A stretch of 64,000 nucleotides of DNA from an uncultured Pseudomonadales bacterium (GCA_964404025.1 CAYOIJ010000002.1:23839-87838); one strand, 5' to 3'; counted from the stretch's first letter, positions 48,246-58,008 are shown. Numbers and translations are program-made. Notes: generated from the sequence alone by a model not told the origin.

Positions 48246-49796
48246 CTAATGAACTGGATATTTTTCTAAAAAATTACTGAAACAATTGGCAATTTTTGCA
48301 TGATTATTATCATAATGACAAATTTTATATATAACTTTAGGATTTTCAATTATTGGCTGGTAATTTGGTCCATAGTGTATTAACTTGACTAACTGCTGTT
48401 GAAAAACATCTTCTAAATGAAACCAAACGCCAGAATTACCCCAAGAATCATTCATAAAATGAAAAACTTGACTGTCCCAAATTAATAGAATCTGAGGTTG
48501 TTGAGTGGTTTTAGTAGCAGGATATAGCTTGATATAATCTCTAGCAATTATTCTAGCAAGCAAGTTCTTTTTCTCATAAACTGGCATTGAGTGAAAATTT
48601 CCAAAATTATATTTGATTCCAGACCAAAACAATAAGAAAATAATACCAGCAGTTATTGGCCAGGCACAATATTTTATTTGCTCAAACAATAGGGTTAAAG
48701 ACAATGATAATAATAATAAAATAATTGGTAATAAAAACAAAAAATACGTTTCTTCGACAGAGCCTTGATATAAAAATATTAAAAAAATAGAGCTCAAAAT
48801 AAGTAAAAAATAATTTATAGTCGTTTTTAAAGGTGTGTCAGATAAATGGTTTTTCTTCAAAATTAAGAATAATAATAATCCCAAAAGCAGTGGGGTCATG
48901 AGCTTAACATATAACTCCCCCCAAACTAACCTAAACAAAAGTAAGCATGCGTTCCAAAAATAGAAAATGCTTGCAGAAAGGCTTCTTTCACTCAGAGAGC
49001 TGTTAATTTTTAAAAAAGTAAATTGATCAAAGACCTTTACTGTGTGGGTAGAAACAAGCCAAGTTATAAATAAAAAAAGCGCTAATAATACGGGCAAAAC
49101 AGAGTATAAACTAAAAAATTTTTTTTGAGCAAAATTTAGTCGCCAATAAGCAATTAAAATCAGTAAAAATAAACTCGGGAAAACTAAAATTATATTATAA
49201 TGAAAATGAAAGGCTAAAAAAGCGCTACTAATCATTCCTAAAAGATTTAGCAATCTCTTCTTCTCACTTGATAGATAATTAACTAAAAAATAAATGAATG
49301 AAGTAGAAAAAATTACTGATAAATGAACCTGAGTCAGATTTTTTGAAACATTAATCATATATGGGTTAATTGCAAAAACTAAAGCTGCTAATAAAGCACT
49401 ACTTTTATGATGGATTTTCTCAACCATTAGATATGCTAATAAAACAGGTAAAGTAAGTAAACCAGCCCATAAATACATCACCCCTTTAGCGCTTTTTGTT
49501 ACAAACCAAAAAAAAGCTAGAAAATAATAATAAACTGGTGAATTTTTCAGCCAGCCAAATCCACCCAAAGCAAATGGTCCACGACTAATTGTCTCACCAT
49601 ATTCGACAATATGCCTAATAACCAGCATATCTCTGGCATCGTCGCCACTCATCCACCAGGTCTGCTTATCTAATTGATAAAATCTCAAAAAAATTGCCAG
49701 AATTAAAATTAAAAATAAGAGCAGAGTTTGCCAAGAAAAATAAGAAGCAACTCGCTTCATCAAATTAGATTTATTTTTAAAAATACTTATCTGCAT
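48246..49796 (-). CDS. GT-C fold glycosyltransferase (ArnT/PMT-like), polytopic
   Basis: 516 aa, about 13 TM helices. Acidic loop motif after TM1 (WMSGDDARD). Confidence 0.5.
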   Translation of the reverse strand: MQISIFKNKSNLMKRVASYFSWQTLLLFLILILAIFLRFYQLDKQTWWMSGDDARDMLVIRHIVEYGETISRGPFALGGFGWLKNSPVYYYFLAFFWFVTKSAKGVMYLWAGLLTLPVLLAYLMVEKIHHKSSALLAALVFAINPYMINVSKNLTQVHLSVIFSTSFIYFLVNYLSSEKKRLLNLLGMISSAFLAFHFHYNIILVFPSLFLLILIAYWRLNFAQKKFFSLYSVLPVLLALFLFITWLVSTHTVKVFDQFTFLKINSSLSERSLSASIFYFWNACLLLFRLVWGELYVKLMTPLLLGLLLFLILKKNHLSDTPLKTTINYFLLILSSIFLIFLYQGSVEETYFLFLLPIILLLLSLSLTLLFEQIKYCAWPITAGIIFLLFWSGIKYNFGNFHSMPVYEKKNLLARIIARDYIKLYPATKTTQQPQILLIWDSQVFHFMNDSWGNSGVWFHLEDVFQQQLVKLIHYGPNYQPIIENPKVIYKICHYDNNHAKIANCFSNFLEKYPVH

Positions 49797-49862
49797 TCAG
49801 ATTTAAACAAGTTTACTAAAGCTAATCTATAATTCTAGGTTAAAAACAAAAATTAAAATAGT

Positions 49863-50510
49863 TTAAAAATCTAAACGAAATTCTTGACCCCAATCTTGAA
49901 AACCTAGGTCGAGATAAAGCTTATGGACTCTAGCTCGCTGATAACGACTGGTTGCAATTAATTTATAACAATTCATTTTTTTTGCCTCACTAATCGCTTT
50001 TTTAATTAATTCTGTGCCCAAACCTTGCCCACGCTTTGCTGAGTCTACAAAAACATCTTCCAATAAGGCAAAGGGTCGTTTGTGTAAGTCATTTTGCATG
50101 ATGTATAAAAAAGCACGAGCTAACTCCTGTTTTTTTCGATCTCTTATAATCAATTTTAAACCAAAACTGCTTGTTGGTATTTTTTTAATTGACAAAGAAT
50201 TGTTTGTTTCAAGGGTATCTTGTAATAAAAAATTGTTAACTAATTTCTCTTTTTCTTGACGGGTAAATTGTTTAATTTGATACTCTCTCTTTGCTGCAAG
50301 TGACTTATCATGGTGTTTCTCAAAATAAACCAGATCGACAGGTCCCCTCAATTTTGTATATTTAGCTCCATAACCCAAATTGTGTTTATCTAGCCTTTTA
50401 TTAATATCATTACTAATGCCCGTATAATAAGAGCCATCACTACATTCGACTATATAAACCCACCAGGGTTCATGGTCTTTTTCAACAATTGTTGGAGAAG
50501 TACTATTCAC
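49863..50510 (-). CDS. GIY-YIG nuclease domain (YhbQ/UPF0213-like) fused to GNAT acetyltransferase
   Basis: N-terminal WWVYIVECSDGSYYTGISNDINKRLDKHNLGYGAKYTKLRGPVDLVYFEKH (GIY-YIG pattern). C-terminal VDSAKRGQGLGTELIKKAISEAKK... (GNAT motif A, RGxGxG). Start overlaps the upstream gene stop. Confidence 0.65.
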   Translation of the reverse strand: MNSTSPTIVEKDHEPWWVYIVECSDGSYYTGISNDINKRLDKHNLGYGAKYTKLRGPVDLVYFEKHHDKSLAAKREYQIKQFTRQEKEKLVNNFLLQDTLETNNSLSIKKIPTSSFGLKLIIRDRKKQELARAFLYIMQNDLHKRPFALLEDVFVDSAKRGQGLGTELIKKAISEAKKMNCYKLIATSRYQRARVHKLYLDLGFQDWGQEFRLDF

Positions 50511-52651
50511 TAATTTCTTTTCTTAGCGTAACGCTCTCGACTATTGCGAATTACTTTCGCTCGATTTTGGTTACTACTCTTAGCTAAAGGCAAGGTATAG
50601 GCTGGGAAAGGTCTACTTAAAACATTATCAATAGAAATTTTATTAACTATTTGATATTTATCTAAATTAACTAAATCGTCTTGAGTATAAAGTCCTCCAT
50701 ATTCAGCCTGAAAATAACTAGCATCACCAGCTCCCATTACAAAACTAATGATGTTGCCACAGTTGCCAAAAATAGCATTGCGCACCTCTTCGGGAATTTG
50801 ATCTATATATTGATTGGCTAAAGTTAAATTAAGATGATATTTACGAGCTTCGGAAAGAATCTTAATAAAGGCATCGGTGGCAAAATTTTGAAACTCGTCA
50901 ACGTAGAGATAAAAGTCGGGTCGTTTATCTTCACTAACATTAACTCTACCCATAGCTGCTAACTGAATCTTGGTAATCATCATCGCACCCAAAAGGGTAG
51001 CATTATCTTCACCCAAGCGACCTTGAGATAAATTTATTAGTAAAATTTTTCCTTGACTCATTAATTCTTCAATACTAAAAGAAGACTGGGTAGTGTTGAC
51101 CACATTACGCACCAGTGGTGAAGAAACAAATTGACCAACCTTATTGAGAATTGAGGCGATTTGCTCTTGGCGCTGCCGATCATGCATTTTGTTGTATTCA
51201 TTCACCCAAAAGTTTTTTAAAATAGGATCTTCAAGCCTATCAACTACTTTTTCACGGAATTTTTCATTGGTTAATAAATCTAAAATATCTGACAATTTTG
51301 CTTCTGGGCTTTTAAGCAGAGTTAGTAAGCAATTGCGCAAAATATATTCAAGTCTTGGCCCCCAGGAATAACCATAAAGTTTTTTAAAAACAGAGATAAT
51401 GCCTGAAGCAATTAGTTCGCGATGAACCACATTTTCTCCTTCGAAGAGATTAATTTGCACAGTTCGCTCAGTATCTGCTGGATCAAAATAAACTACATCA
51501 TTGATGCGGTGTTTGGGAATAAAATCGAGCAAAGTTTCTACCAAGTCACCATGTGGATCAATAACACACATTCCTTCATTGTGTTTAAGATCATTGATTG
51601 CCATATTGGCCAATAAAGTGGATTTGCCAGTGCCCGTTTTACCAATCACATAAACATGACGACGACGATCTTTACTCAACAAACCGTATTTAGTCAGACG
51701 ATTCTTATAAACTGCTTCACCAATAATATTAATATCCTTTTTACTTTCAACTGAGCTGTCACGGGTGATAATCGGCAAGTTTTCTGGAGCTTCACCAAGT
51801 AATTTTTTACCCCAAGAAATGTTAGCAATATTGCTCAATTTTTGACTGGGAAAATGATAAAGAGTAGCTAATTCATCTAAACTTAAATTTAAACTCGGCG
51901 AAGCGCTGAAGCTTCGCTCTTGCATTTTTTTGAGAAAAACCTTTTTAAAAAAATATCTCTTTTTTAAAGTTAAAGCATTGCTTTCACTCTGAGACATGGC
52001 TTGATAGGCTGCGGCGATATTATCTAAAATTAATTTACTTTTGTTTTGACTGTCCGTGGCAACTGCTATTTTAAAAGCAGTTTTAAGCAATCTTTGCTCC
52101 ATCTTTTGACTAATTAGCTTCTTCTGTGGATGATTTTCTAGTTCTTCAATAGGTGCTTGGTAATCTTTTGACCAGATATTGGCGTGATTATCTAAAAGCA
52201 TCTGAATCAAAATAGTGTCTTGCCCCTCATTTTTTGACAAAGTTGACATCAGAGTTGCCAATGGATCAATGTCCTTAAAATCTCTGTAGGTTTTTAGAGG
52301 TAAATAGTTTTTATTTTTTAATTTTAGACTAGCTACAGACACTTGATAATTTTTTGCAAAAAACCAAATTACCGGATCAAAAGCAAGTTCTTCAATTACT
52401 GCTTCTGGATAACTAGCATGAATAGCTCCTTTAAAATATTCTAAAAGGCGCAGTGGCACACAAACTAAAAAATGAATATTTTGCTCTCTAACCAAGATTT
52501 CAAAACTAAGTCTTTCGTTTTTACCCAGCAGCTTATCAATTAGCTTATTTTTTAACTTAGGTAAAGTAGAAAAAAGCTGGACAGCCGACTCCTCAGTCTC
52601 CTGACTGTCTTTGCTGGTTTTCACCTTAAGCAGGATATGGTTTTTTAGCAC
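50510..52651 (-). CDS. TrwB/TraD/VirD4-like (type IV coupling protein-like) P-loop ATPase, no TM segment
   Basis: HVYVIGKTGTGKST...CVIDPHGD (Walker A + DPxGD as in TrwB/TraD). Walker B LYVDEFQNF. About 330-aa N-terminal region of unknown fold. 713 aa. Confidence 0.55.
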   Translation of the reverse strand: MLKNHILLKVKTSKDSQETEESAVQLFSTLPKLKNKLIDKLLGKNERLSFEILVREQNIHFLVCVPLRLLEYFKGAIHASYPEAVIEELAFDPVIWFFAKNYQVSVASLKLKNKNYLPLKTYRDFKDIDPLATLMSTLSKNEGQDTILIQMLLDNHANIWSKDYQAPIEELENHPQKKLISQKMEQRLLKTAFKIAVATDSQNKSKLILDNIAAAYQAMSQSESNALTLKKRYFFKKVFLKKMQERSFSASPSLNLSLDELATLYHFPSQKLSNIANISWGKKLLGEAPENLPIITRDSSVESKKDINIIGEAVYKNRLTKYGLLSKDRRRHVYVIGKTGTGKSTLLANMAINDLKHNEGMCVIDPHGDLVETLLDFIPKHRINDVVYFDPADTERTVQINLFEGENVVHRELIASGIISVFKKLYGYSWGPRLEYILRNCLLTLLKSPEAKLSDILDLLTNEKFREKVVDRLEDPILKNFWVNEYNKMHDRQRQEQIASILNKVGQFVSSPLVRNVVNTTQSSFSIEELMSQGKILLINLSQGRLGEDNATLLGAMMITKIQLAAMGRVNVSEDKRPDFYLYVDEFQNFATDAFIKILSEARKYHLNLTLANQYIDQIPEEVRNAIFGNCGNIISFVMGAGDASYFQAEYGGLYTQDDLVNLDKYQIVNKISIDNVLSRPFPAYTLPLAKSSNQNRAKVIRNSRERYAKKRN

Positions 52652-52668
52652 TTCTCTAGTATAGCAAA

Positions 52669-55600
52669 TTACTTATGAGTTTTTTTATCTAAATAGGTAA
52701 TAGGCTTCTTTCTGTCACAATAAAATATTGTAATAAAGCCAAGTATAATTATTAGGAAACCTAAATACTCCAAGAGTTGCGGCCAATAAAAAATATAAAT
52801 TACAGAATTGCTGTCTTGATCATTTAATGCCCAAGCATTAGCCCAATTATTAAGTTTTCGATGCTCAAGTTTTTGCCCAGCACTATAAGCCAACCAACCA
52901 TTGTCATAAGCTTGAGATAGTTTTAAATAATTAGCATCACAATCGCCACTCAAACTGACCCGATATAGCCAGAGACCAAATTTTTTAACTTCGAAATTGC
53001 AATTAACTAAGATATCTTTTGATAAACCTCTATCTGTGTTTTCTAAAGTAATGTTTTTCAAAAAATTATATGGCCAAAAGAACACTTCTGCCGACTCTAA
53101 GAGGTTTTCATTAACTTCCCTACCATAAGAATCAGTAGAAAAATATAAGGTGTAACCTTGGTTAAACTCTTCTGTTGGAGCTAAAATCTGATAGTTTACA
53201 CCTTCACTTAAATAAGTTTCCAGTGGACTACGTCCTAAACTATCTACTTGGACAGCAAAAACCAAAGGCAAACTGCTAATATTTTGCGCCTTTAATTTAA
53301 ACAAATGGCCAACAGAGTGGTCTAAGTTTTCCAAATAAAAGTGATCGCAAACACTGGTGCCAACTGAGCGATAATAATTGCCCTCTGTACGTTTTTCCTT
53401 AAACACACTGCCTACCTCTAATGGACGACAGTTTTTCGCTTCAGTCAAATTTAATTGGCTTTCAAGAATGTTTGATTCCAATATAATCTTGGGAATTTTG
53501 ACCATCAAAGATGCTTTTTCAGCTGTTTCAGTGATCCTAATATCTAAGCTATAAAGACTTAAATCAAAAAATTGATAATCATAGTAGTCAGTTTTAACTA
53601 CACTACTGAGAGCAATTGTGTTGGGTAGATTAGTATTTAATAAAATATCAATCTCACCAGCTTGATCTAATTGACTAACTAGCTGATTATTAATGTTAAT
53701 AAAACAATCTTGATTTGCTAAACATAGACTGGCATCAAGTGTAAATTCCTTGCTTAAATTAAAACGAGTATTTTCACCAAAGTTAATAATTTCGGGTAAA
53801 AGGGCACTGAGGGTTAATAAAACTCGTCTGTTTTCTACTCGCCAACTTAGTTTAAAGGGCAGTTGGCTTTCAGTTTTCAATAAGTCTTTAAACCCTAATG
53901 TAAAAGAATCATTTGGCAAATTTTTTGGACTAGTCAGATAAAAAAAGCTGTCATCTTCGCTTAAGAAAAATTCCAAATCTTTTTGTAAATGATTGGTAAA
54001 GAGTGAAGGAAAAGGATATATCAAATCAGCTTGATTGGTGTCAGTTACACTTAAATAGTCGTGAAAATCCGTGAAAGATTGATCTTCCCAAGAAAAACGA
54101 TAACTATTGGCTATAATTGGTAAATCTTTATACAAACTAACAAAATTCTTTTCACGACTTTTTTCTGAATCGCTAAAAACATAAAGACTAATAAAATCAA
54201 ATTCTTCGACTAGTTCAATCTGTTCCGAACTAAGTAAAAGATCTTTCATCGCTTGATAATTAAAAGGCTTTTTAGTGTTACGATTGATGACCGACTCATC
54301 AAGCAGCAAATAATCTACATCATATTGAGCCAAAATATTTTCCAACGCCATAACATCTTTTTTATCCAAAGCCGCTTGTAATTGCCAGTAATAGCGCTCA
54401 CTAGGCTCGCTCCAAACATCAAAAGCTCGGTCTAAAATGGGCTGTTTAATACCATACCAAATAAACCCAGAACCTCGGTAGCCCCAATCATTCCACTGCC
54501 AAGCATAAAAAGAGTGTTGAGGTAAATTTGCAATCCTGCTACTTTGTGGAGCCTCATCTTTGAAATAATCAAATAACTGAAAATAGGCATCGGGAATTGC
54601 TACCCTAAGGCGAGAATAAAAGAAATCACCAGTAAAACTGGGTAGGGAATAGAAAATGAGAGAAAGAAAAAAGACTCCGGCTAGTAGGCGCTGCCAAATC
54701 TTCTTTTTAAAAATGCCGAAAAGAAAAGCTAAGCCAAAAGTTAAGAGCAAGCTATAAAACAAACTGTAGGGGACAATCCATTTGGTAAAAGAGGAGCGAA
54801 AAACTTGGCCAAAAAGAGGCAAGTTTTCACGTAAAAAGTCATAAATAAATCCAAAAGGTGGATTAGAACCCAATAGAATGAAGCAAGAAAACAAAAACAA
54901 CGCCAGAATCAAAAAACGCGCCTGTTTCATCTCAGTAGGCAACTTTTTTAAAATAAAAATAGAAGCAATTCCCAGTGATAATAGGGCAAAATAAATAAAA
55001 GAAAGAGAAGTAATCAGGGGATTTTGAAAATGAGTTTTCCAACTTTCAAGTAAAAAAACCGCATTACCCCATTGGTCAAAATCAGTAAAATCGAACCAAT
55101 ATCCTTTTAGTTGAATAAGATCACGAAAGTTACCAAATTTATTGTTGCGTAAAAATACAGGCTCCGTAGTCATCAGATTACCTTTAGCCCTGATCGTTGT
55201 ATCAACATTTTTCAAAGTAAATAATGATAGTGGTAAAAGCCAAAAAGCATTTGTCAAAAAAACTATAATTAAAATTTTTAGAGAATTAAGGATTTTCTCT
55301 TTTCTAGAAACAATATTCTTTTTGAAAATATAAAGTAACAAAATGAAGGCTAATAAAATTAAATAAACTAAAAAGACGGTTTGCACATATGCAAAGCCTG
55401 TGCCTAATAAAGAAAAGAAGAAAAACAACAGCAATGTTTTTTTCTTGGGTTTATTTAAATATCTAAATAAAAAATAAATTAACCAAGGTAAAAATGCAAA
55501 AAATGAAGAAAAGGGTTCAAATGTAAGATAAAAATTCTGTACTGTGCCAACATTTAAAAGATAAAAACAAGCTCCTAAAAAGGAGGCTTGTTTATTTTTC

Positions 55601-55944
55601 GTCAAGTAAGCAAGCAAAGAATAAAAACCTAAAACACCAGTTGTTAGGGCAAGAAAATTCCAAAAATATCGCAGTAGGTTTTGATTTAAAACTAGAGAAA
55701 AGGGAATGAGTATCATTTGGCGAATCAAGTCTGCCCCATGCCCCATTCCTCCAAGTAAGCCAAGCCCCTGATATTCTTGCCAAGAAACATTAAGAGCTCT
55801 CTTAAAATTAAGAATTGGATCTAGATCTGTTTGTAAATTGTCCCAACCAATTAAAAAAGTGCCAGGATTGAAATTAAATAATAAAAGAATAAAAACAAGT
55901 ATCACTAATAAAAATGGAAAAACAAACTTTTTTTTAAACATCAT
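52669..55944 (-). CDS. Giant polytopic membrane protein (about 1090 aa), YfhO/GtrC/AftD-like GT-C glycosyltransferase candidate
   Basis: About 12 TM helices in the first 480 aa, then an extracytoplasmic domain of about 600 aa. Immediately downstream of a GtrB-like GT2. Start set at ATGATG 55944 to avoid overlap with the GT2 stop. Confidence 0.4.
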   Translation of the reverse strand: MMFKKKFVFPFLLVILVFILLLFNFNPGTFLIGWDNLQTDLDPILNFKRALNVSWQEYQGLGLLGGMGHGADLIRQMILIPFSLVLNQNLLRYFWNFLALTTGVLGFYSLLAYLTKNKQASFLGACFYLLNVGTVQNFYLTFEPFSSFFAFLPWLIYFLFRYLNKPKKKTLLLFFFFSLLGTGFAYVQTVFLVYLILLAFILLLYIFKKNIVSRKEKILNSLKILIIVFLTNAFWLLPLSLFTLKNVDTTIRAKGNLMTTEPVFLRNNKFGNFRDLIQLKGYWFDFTDFDQWGNAVFLLESWKTHFQNPLITSLSFIYFALLSLGIASIFILKKLPTEMKQARFLILALFLFSCFILLGSNPPFGFIYDFLRENLPLFGQVFRSSFTKWIVPYSLFYSLLLTFGLAFLFGIFKKKIWQRLLAGVFFLSLIFYSLPSFTGDFFYSRLRVAIPDAYFQLFDYFKDEAPQSSRIANLPQHSFYAWQWNDWGYRGSGFIWYGIKQPILDRAFDVWSEPSERYYWQLQAALDKKDVMALENILAQYDVDYLLLDESVINRNTKKPFNYQAMKDLLLSSEQIELVEEFDFISLYVFSDSEKSREKNFVSLYKDLPIIANSYRFSWEDQSFTDFHDYLSVTDTNQADLIYPFPSLFTNHLQKDLEFFLSEDDSFFYLTSPKNLPNDSFTLGFKDLLKTESQLPFKLSWRVENRRVLLTLSALLPEIINFGENTRFNLSKEFTLDASLCLANQDCFININNQLVSQLDQAGEIDILLNTNLPNTIALSSVVKTDYYDYQFFDLSLYSLDIRITETAEKASLMVKIPKIILESNILESQLNLTEAKNCRPLEVGSVFKEKRTEGNYYRSVGTSVCDHFYLENLDHSVGHLFKLKAQNISSLPLVFAVQVDSLGRSPLETYLSEGVNYQILAPTEEFNQGYTLYFSTDSYGREVNENLLESAEVFFWPYNFLKNITLENTDRGLSKDILVNCNFEVKKFGLWLYRVSLSGDCDANYLKLSQAYDNGWLAYSAGQKLEHRKLNNWANAWALNDQDSNSVIYIFYWPQLLEYLGFLIIILGFITIFYCDRKKPITYLDKKTHK

Positions 55945-55954
55945 CAGTATTAAA

Positions 55955-56821
55955 TTATATTTTGAAAAGTCGAGTAAGGGAAGGAACACTTAAATTTAGC
56001 AGCTTATTGTTTCGCCACAAATTGTATAAAGGAAAAATTAATTTTTTAGGTAAGACAAAAACAATCACTAACTGTACAAAATTTAAAAATAAATCACTAA
56101 AACTAGCCTGATGAGCATATTTTAAGCGTGTTAAAAATGTTAAATAAAATGTTTTTTTTGGATTCGCAAGAGAAGTGTTTTTATCATGCAAACGATAAAA
56201 GTGTAGAAAATCGGGCAAGTTAGCAGCACTGCCATATTTAAAAAGCTTAAAAAGTAAGCCCACTTCTTCAGCAGTATTCTTACTAATATCATAAGCAACA
56301 AAATCTTTTGGTAACAAAGCTCTATTAATCATCATGGATGGTTGTTGAATAGGAATTGAGCGGAAAATCATCTTGGCGATGTCATTGTTTTTTATCGGAA
56401 ACTTTTTTTCACCAATTTTTTGACCATCTTGATCAATTAAAAAACATTGTGAACCAACAATGACAACACCTGGGTTGTCTTTTAAGAATTTAACTTGCTT
56501 ACTAATTCTCTCAGGGTGCATTAAGTCGTCGGCGTCCATCCTAGCTACATAGTCACCTTTTATCATTGATAAGGCCAAATTAGCAGCTCCAGCGACCCCT
56601 CGATGTCTACCATTTCTATAAAGCTTAATTCTTTTATCTTTTTTGGCAAAATCTAATAAAATGCTATAAGACTGATCACTTGACCAATCATCAATAGCAA
56701 ATAACTCCCAATTTTTATATGTTTGAGATTGAATGCTTTCCAATGTCTCGCTGAGATATTTCTCAGCATTGTAAACAGGCATTAGAATCGAAACTAGTGT
56801 TTGTTCTTTGACAGTTTTCAT
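55955..56821 (-). CDS. Family-2 glycosyltransferase, GtrB/DPM-synthase-like (polyprenyl-phosphate sugar synthase type)
   Basis: VSILMPVYNAEKYLSETLESIQSQTYKNWELFAIDDWSSD (GT2 DxD region). RMDADD. 288 aa with hydrophobic C-terminal helices as in GtrB. Confidence 0.7.
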   Translation of the reverse strand: MKTVKEQTLVSILMPVYNAEKYLSETLESIQSQTYKNWELFAIDDWSSDQSYSILLDFAKKDKRIKLYRNGRHRGVAGAANLALSMIKGDYVARMDADDLMHPERISKQVKFLKDNPGVVIVGSQCFLIDQDGQKIGEKKFPIKNNDIAKMIFRSIPIQQPSMMINRALLPKDFVAYDISKNTAEEVGLLFKLFKYGSAANLPDFLHFYRLHDKNTSLANPKKTFYLTFLTRLKYAHQASFSDLFLNFVQLVIVFVLPKKLIFPLYNLWRNNKLLNLSVPSLTRLFKI

Positions 56822-56927
56822 ATTTTAAAGGTAAGAAACCTTAAATTCACAAACTAATATGCGATTATGAACTTAAGGTTTCCCGCGAGCTTTTTACGAC
56901 TCGCGGGAATTGGAGGATCGAGGACGG

Positions 56928-57515
56928 CTATTCGCCGCCCTCCCAAACTGGGGGGACTTTGTCAGCGGGACATCCATAATGTTCCGCTTGTTCGGCAACC
57001 CTCTGGTCGACTAGGACTTGCGTCCAGCCGGCTGGGTCGGCAGACGGTAAGGTATACACTTCATATCTTCCGTCTACGATGCTGAAATTCTCATACCACC
57101 CAACGGGCAGCACGACAATCTCACAACCCTCGCTTGAAATGGAATTTCCATTCCAATTCAAATCCCAGCCAAAAACAAGACCCAACTGACCGGGATTAAT
57201 CCCGATATCAAAGAACCCCGGGGTAGATTCCCCAGCTGGATGTTCTCCAGCGTCGAATAACACCGGATTCACCAGCGTGTTCGACACAACAGGCGCTACA
57301 ACTGGTTCTAGCTCTGGTTCCTCAACTTCAGGAACCTCGGGCATAACCACTTCGACGACGACTGGTTCTTGTTTTGGAAACTCAATTGATTCCTGATCTT
57401 CCTTCGCCGCTTGCGCGGCGATTTCCGACACCTGCTCTTCGGACAAACCTGAGTCACAGGCGGCGAGCAAGCTCGCCATTACAAGTAAAATTGTTAAAAC
57501 GACAAATTTACGCAT
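56928..57515 (-). CDS. Lipoprotein (lipobox LLAAC), Glu/Pro/Val-rich, encoded in a GC-rich island
   Basis: MRKFVVLTILLVMASLLAAC signal peptidase II lipobox. Strong SD (GGAGAU) 8 nt upstream. Local GC is far higher than the surroundings. Confidence 0.55.
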   Translation of the reverse strand: MRKFVVLTILLVMASLLAACDSGLSEEQVSEIAAQAAKEDQESIEFPKQEPVVVEVVMPEVPEVEEPELEPVVAPVVSNTLVNPVLFDAGEHPAGESTPGFFDIGINPGQLGLVFGWDLNWNGNSISSEGCEIVVLPVGWYENFSIVDGRYEVYTLPSADPAGWTQVLVDQRVAEQAEHYGCPADKVPPVWEGGE

Positions 57516-57873
57516 GAGCTTTTATCTCCTTTTTTATGCGTTGAAATTTTCCACATGGGCGTCAGTGGTCACCGACTCGTCCCTTGCCTTTCGGCACGAA
57601 AGACCAGCTTCTCTAACAACCATATTGCAATGATTGTCACAAAAGCTGGACCTAAATGCCTAAAGCATTTTCCTCCAATTGTTAAGGTGCGTCTCTTTAG
57701 TAAGCTAGTCAAAACTCCAGAAGCAATTTCCGGGTTTTGAAGGCTACTTAAAGAGCTCCTTCTTCTACTCTTTCGAGCAGAGAAGAGGCTTTGATGGAAA
57801 AATGTGTTTCAAGAAACAAGCATTATTACATCGAGGCCTGTTCTCTACTAAAAAGTTATCATAACTAGATATA

Positions 57874-57902
57874 AGTATATCAATAAAAGTCATTTTTGTC
57901 AA
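57874..57902 (-). promoter_or_regulatory. Sigma70-type promoter P1 (TTGACA-N17-TATACT on minus strand) directing transcription toward the GC-rich lipoprotein gene
   Basis: Minus strand: TTGACA (57902..57897), 17-nt spacer, TATACT (57879..57874). The -35 is embedded in repeated-motif copy 1. Confidence 0.45.
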
Positions 57903-57918
57903 TATTATGGGATGTTAG
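57895..57918. repeat. Repeated motif copy 1 (plus: TTGTCAATATTATGGGATGTTAG)
   Basis: 22/23 nt shared with copy 2. The ATTATGGGAT core is shared by all three copies. Confidence 0.6.
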
Positions 57919-57982
57919 CTTGGTGTTCTATAAGTCTTCTACAAGTAAGTTAAAAAACCAAATACAGCTACTATCAGTTATT

Positions 57983-58008
57983 AAAAACCCCTCTTTTTTT
58001 GAGAGGGG
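57983..58008 (-). terminator. Rho-independent terminator for the sortase-substrate gene
   Basis: Minus strand CCCCUCU-CAAAAAA-AGAGGGG followed by UUUUU, 27 nt downstream of the stop at 58035. Confidence 0.6.

Noticed and set aside
56867-57085. 72-aa plus-strand ORF in the GC-rich island (also 57555..57740)
   Set aside because: Antisense to the lipoprotein gene or within its leader. Open frames are expected by chance in GC-rich sequence. No RBS.
57516-57866. Possible c-di-GMP-I (GEMM)-like riboswitch in the lipoprotein leader (CCGAAAGGCAAGGGACGAG resembles the GAAA-tetraloop/GGGACG region)
   Set aside because: Only a short, partial resemblance. The downstream CAAAGCC and P2 elements are not evident. 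Kept only as a structured-leader observation pending a covariance-model scan.
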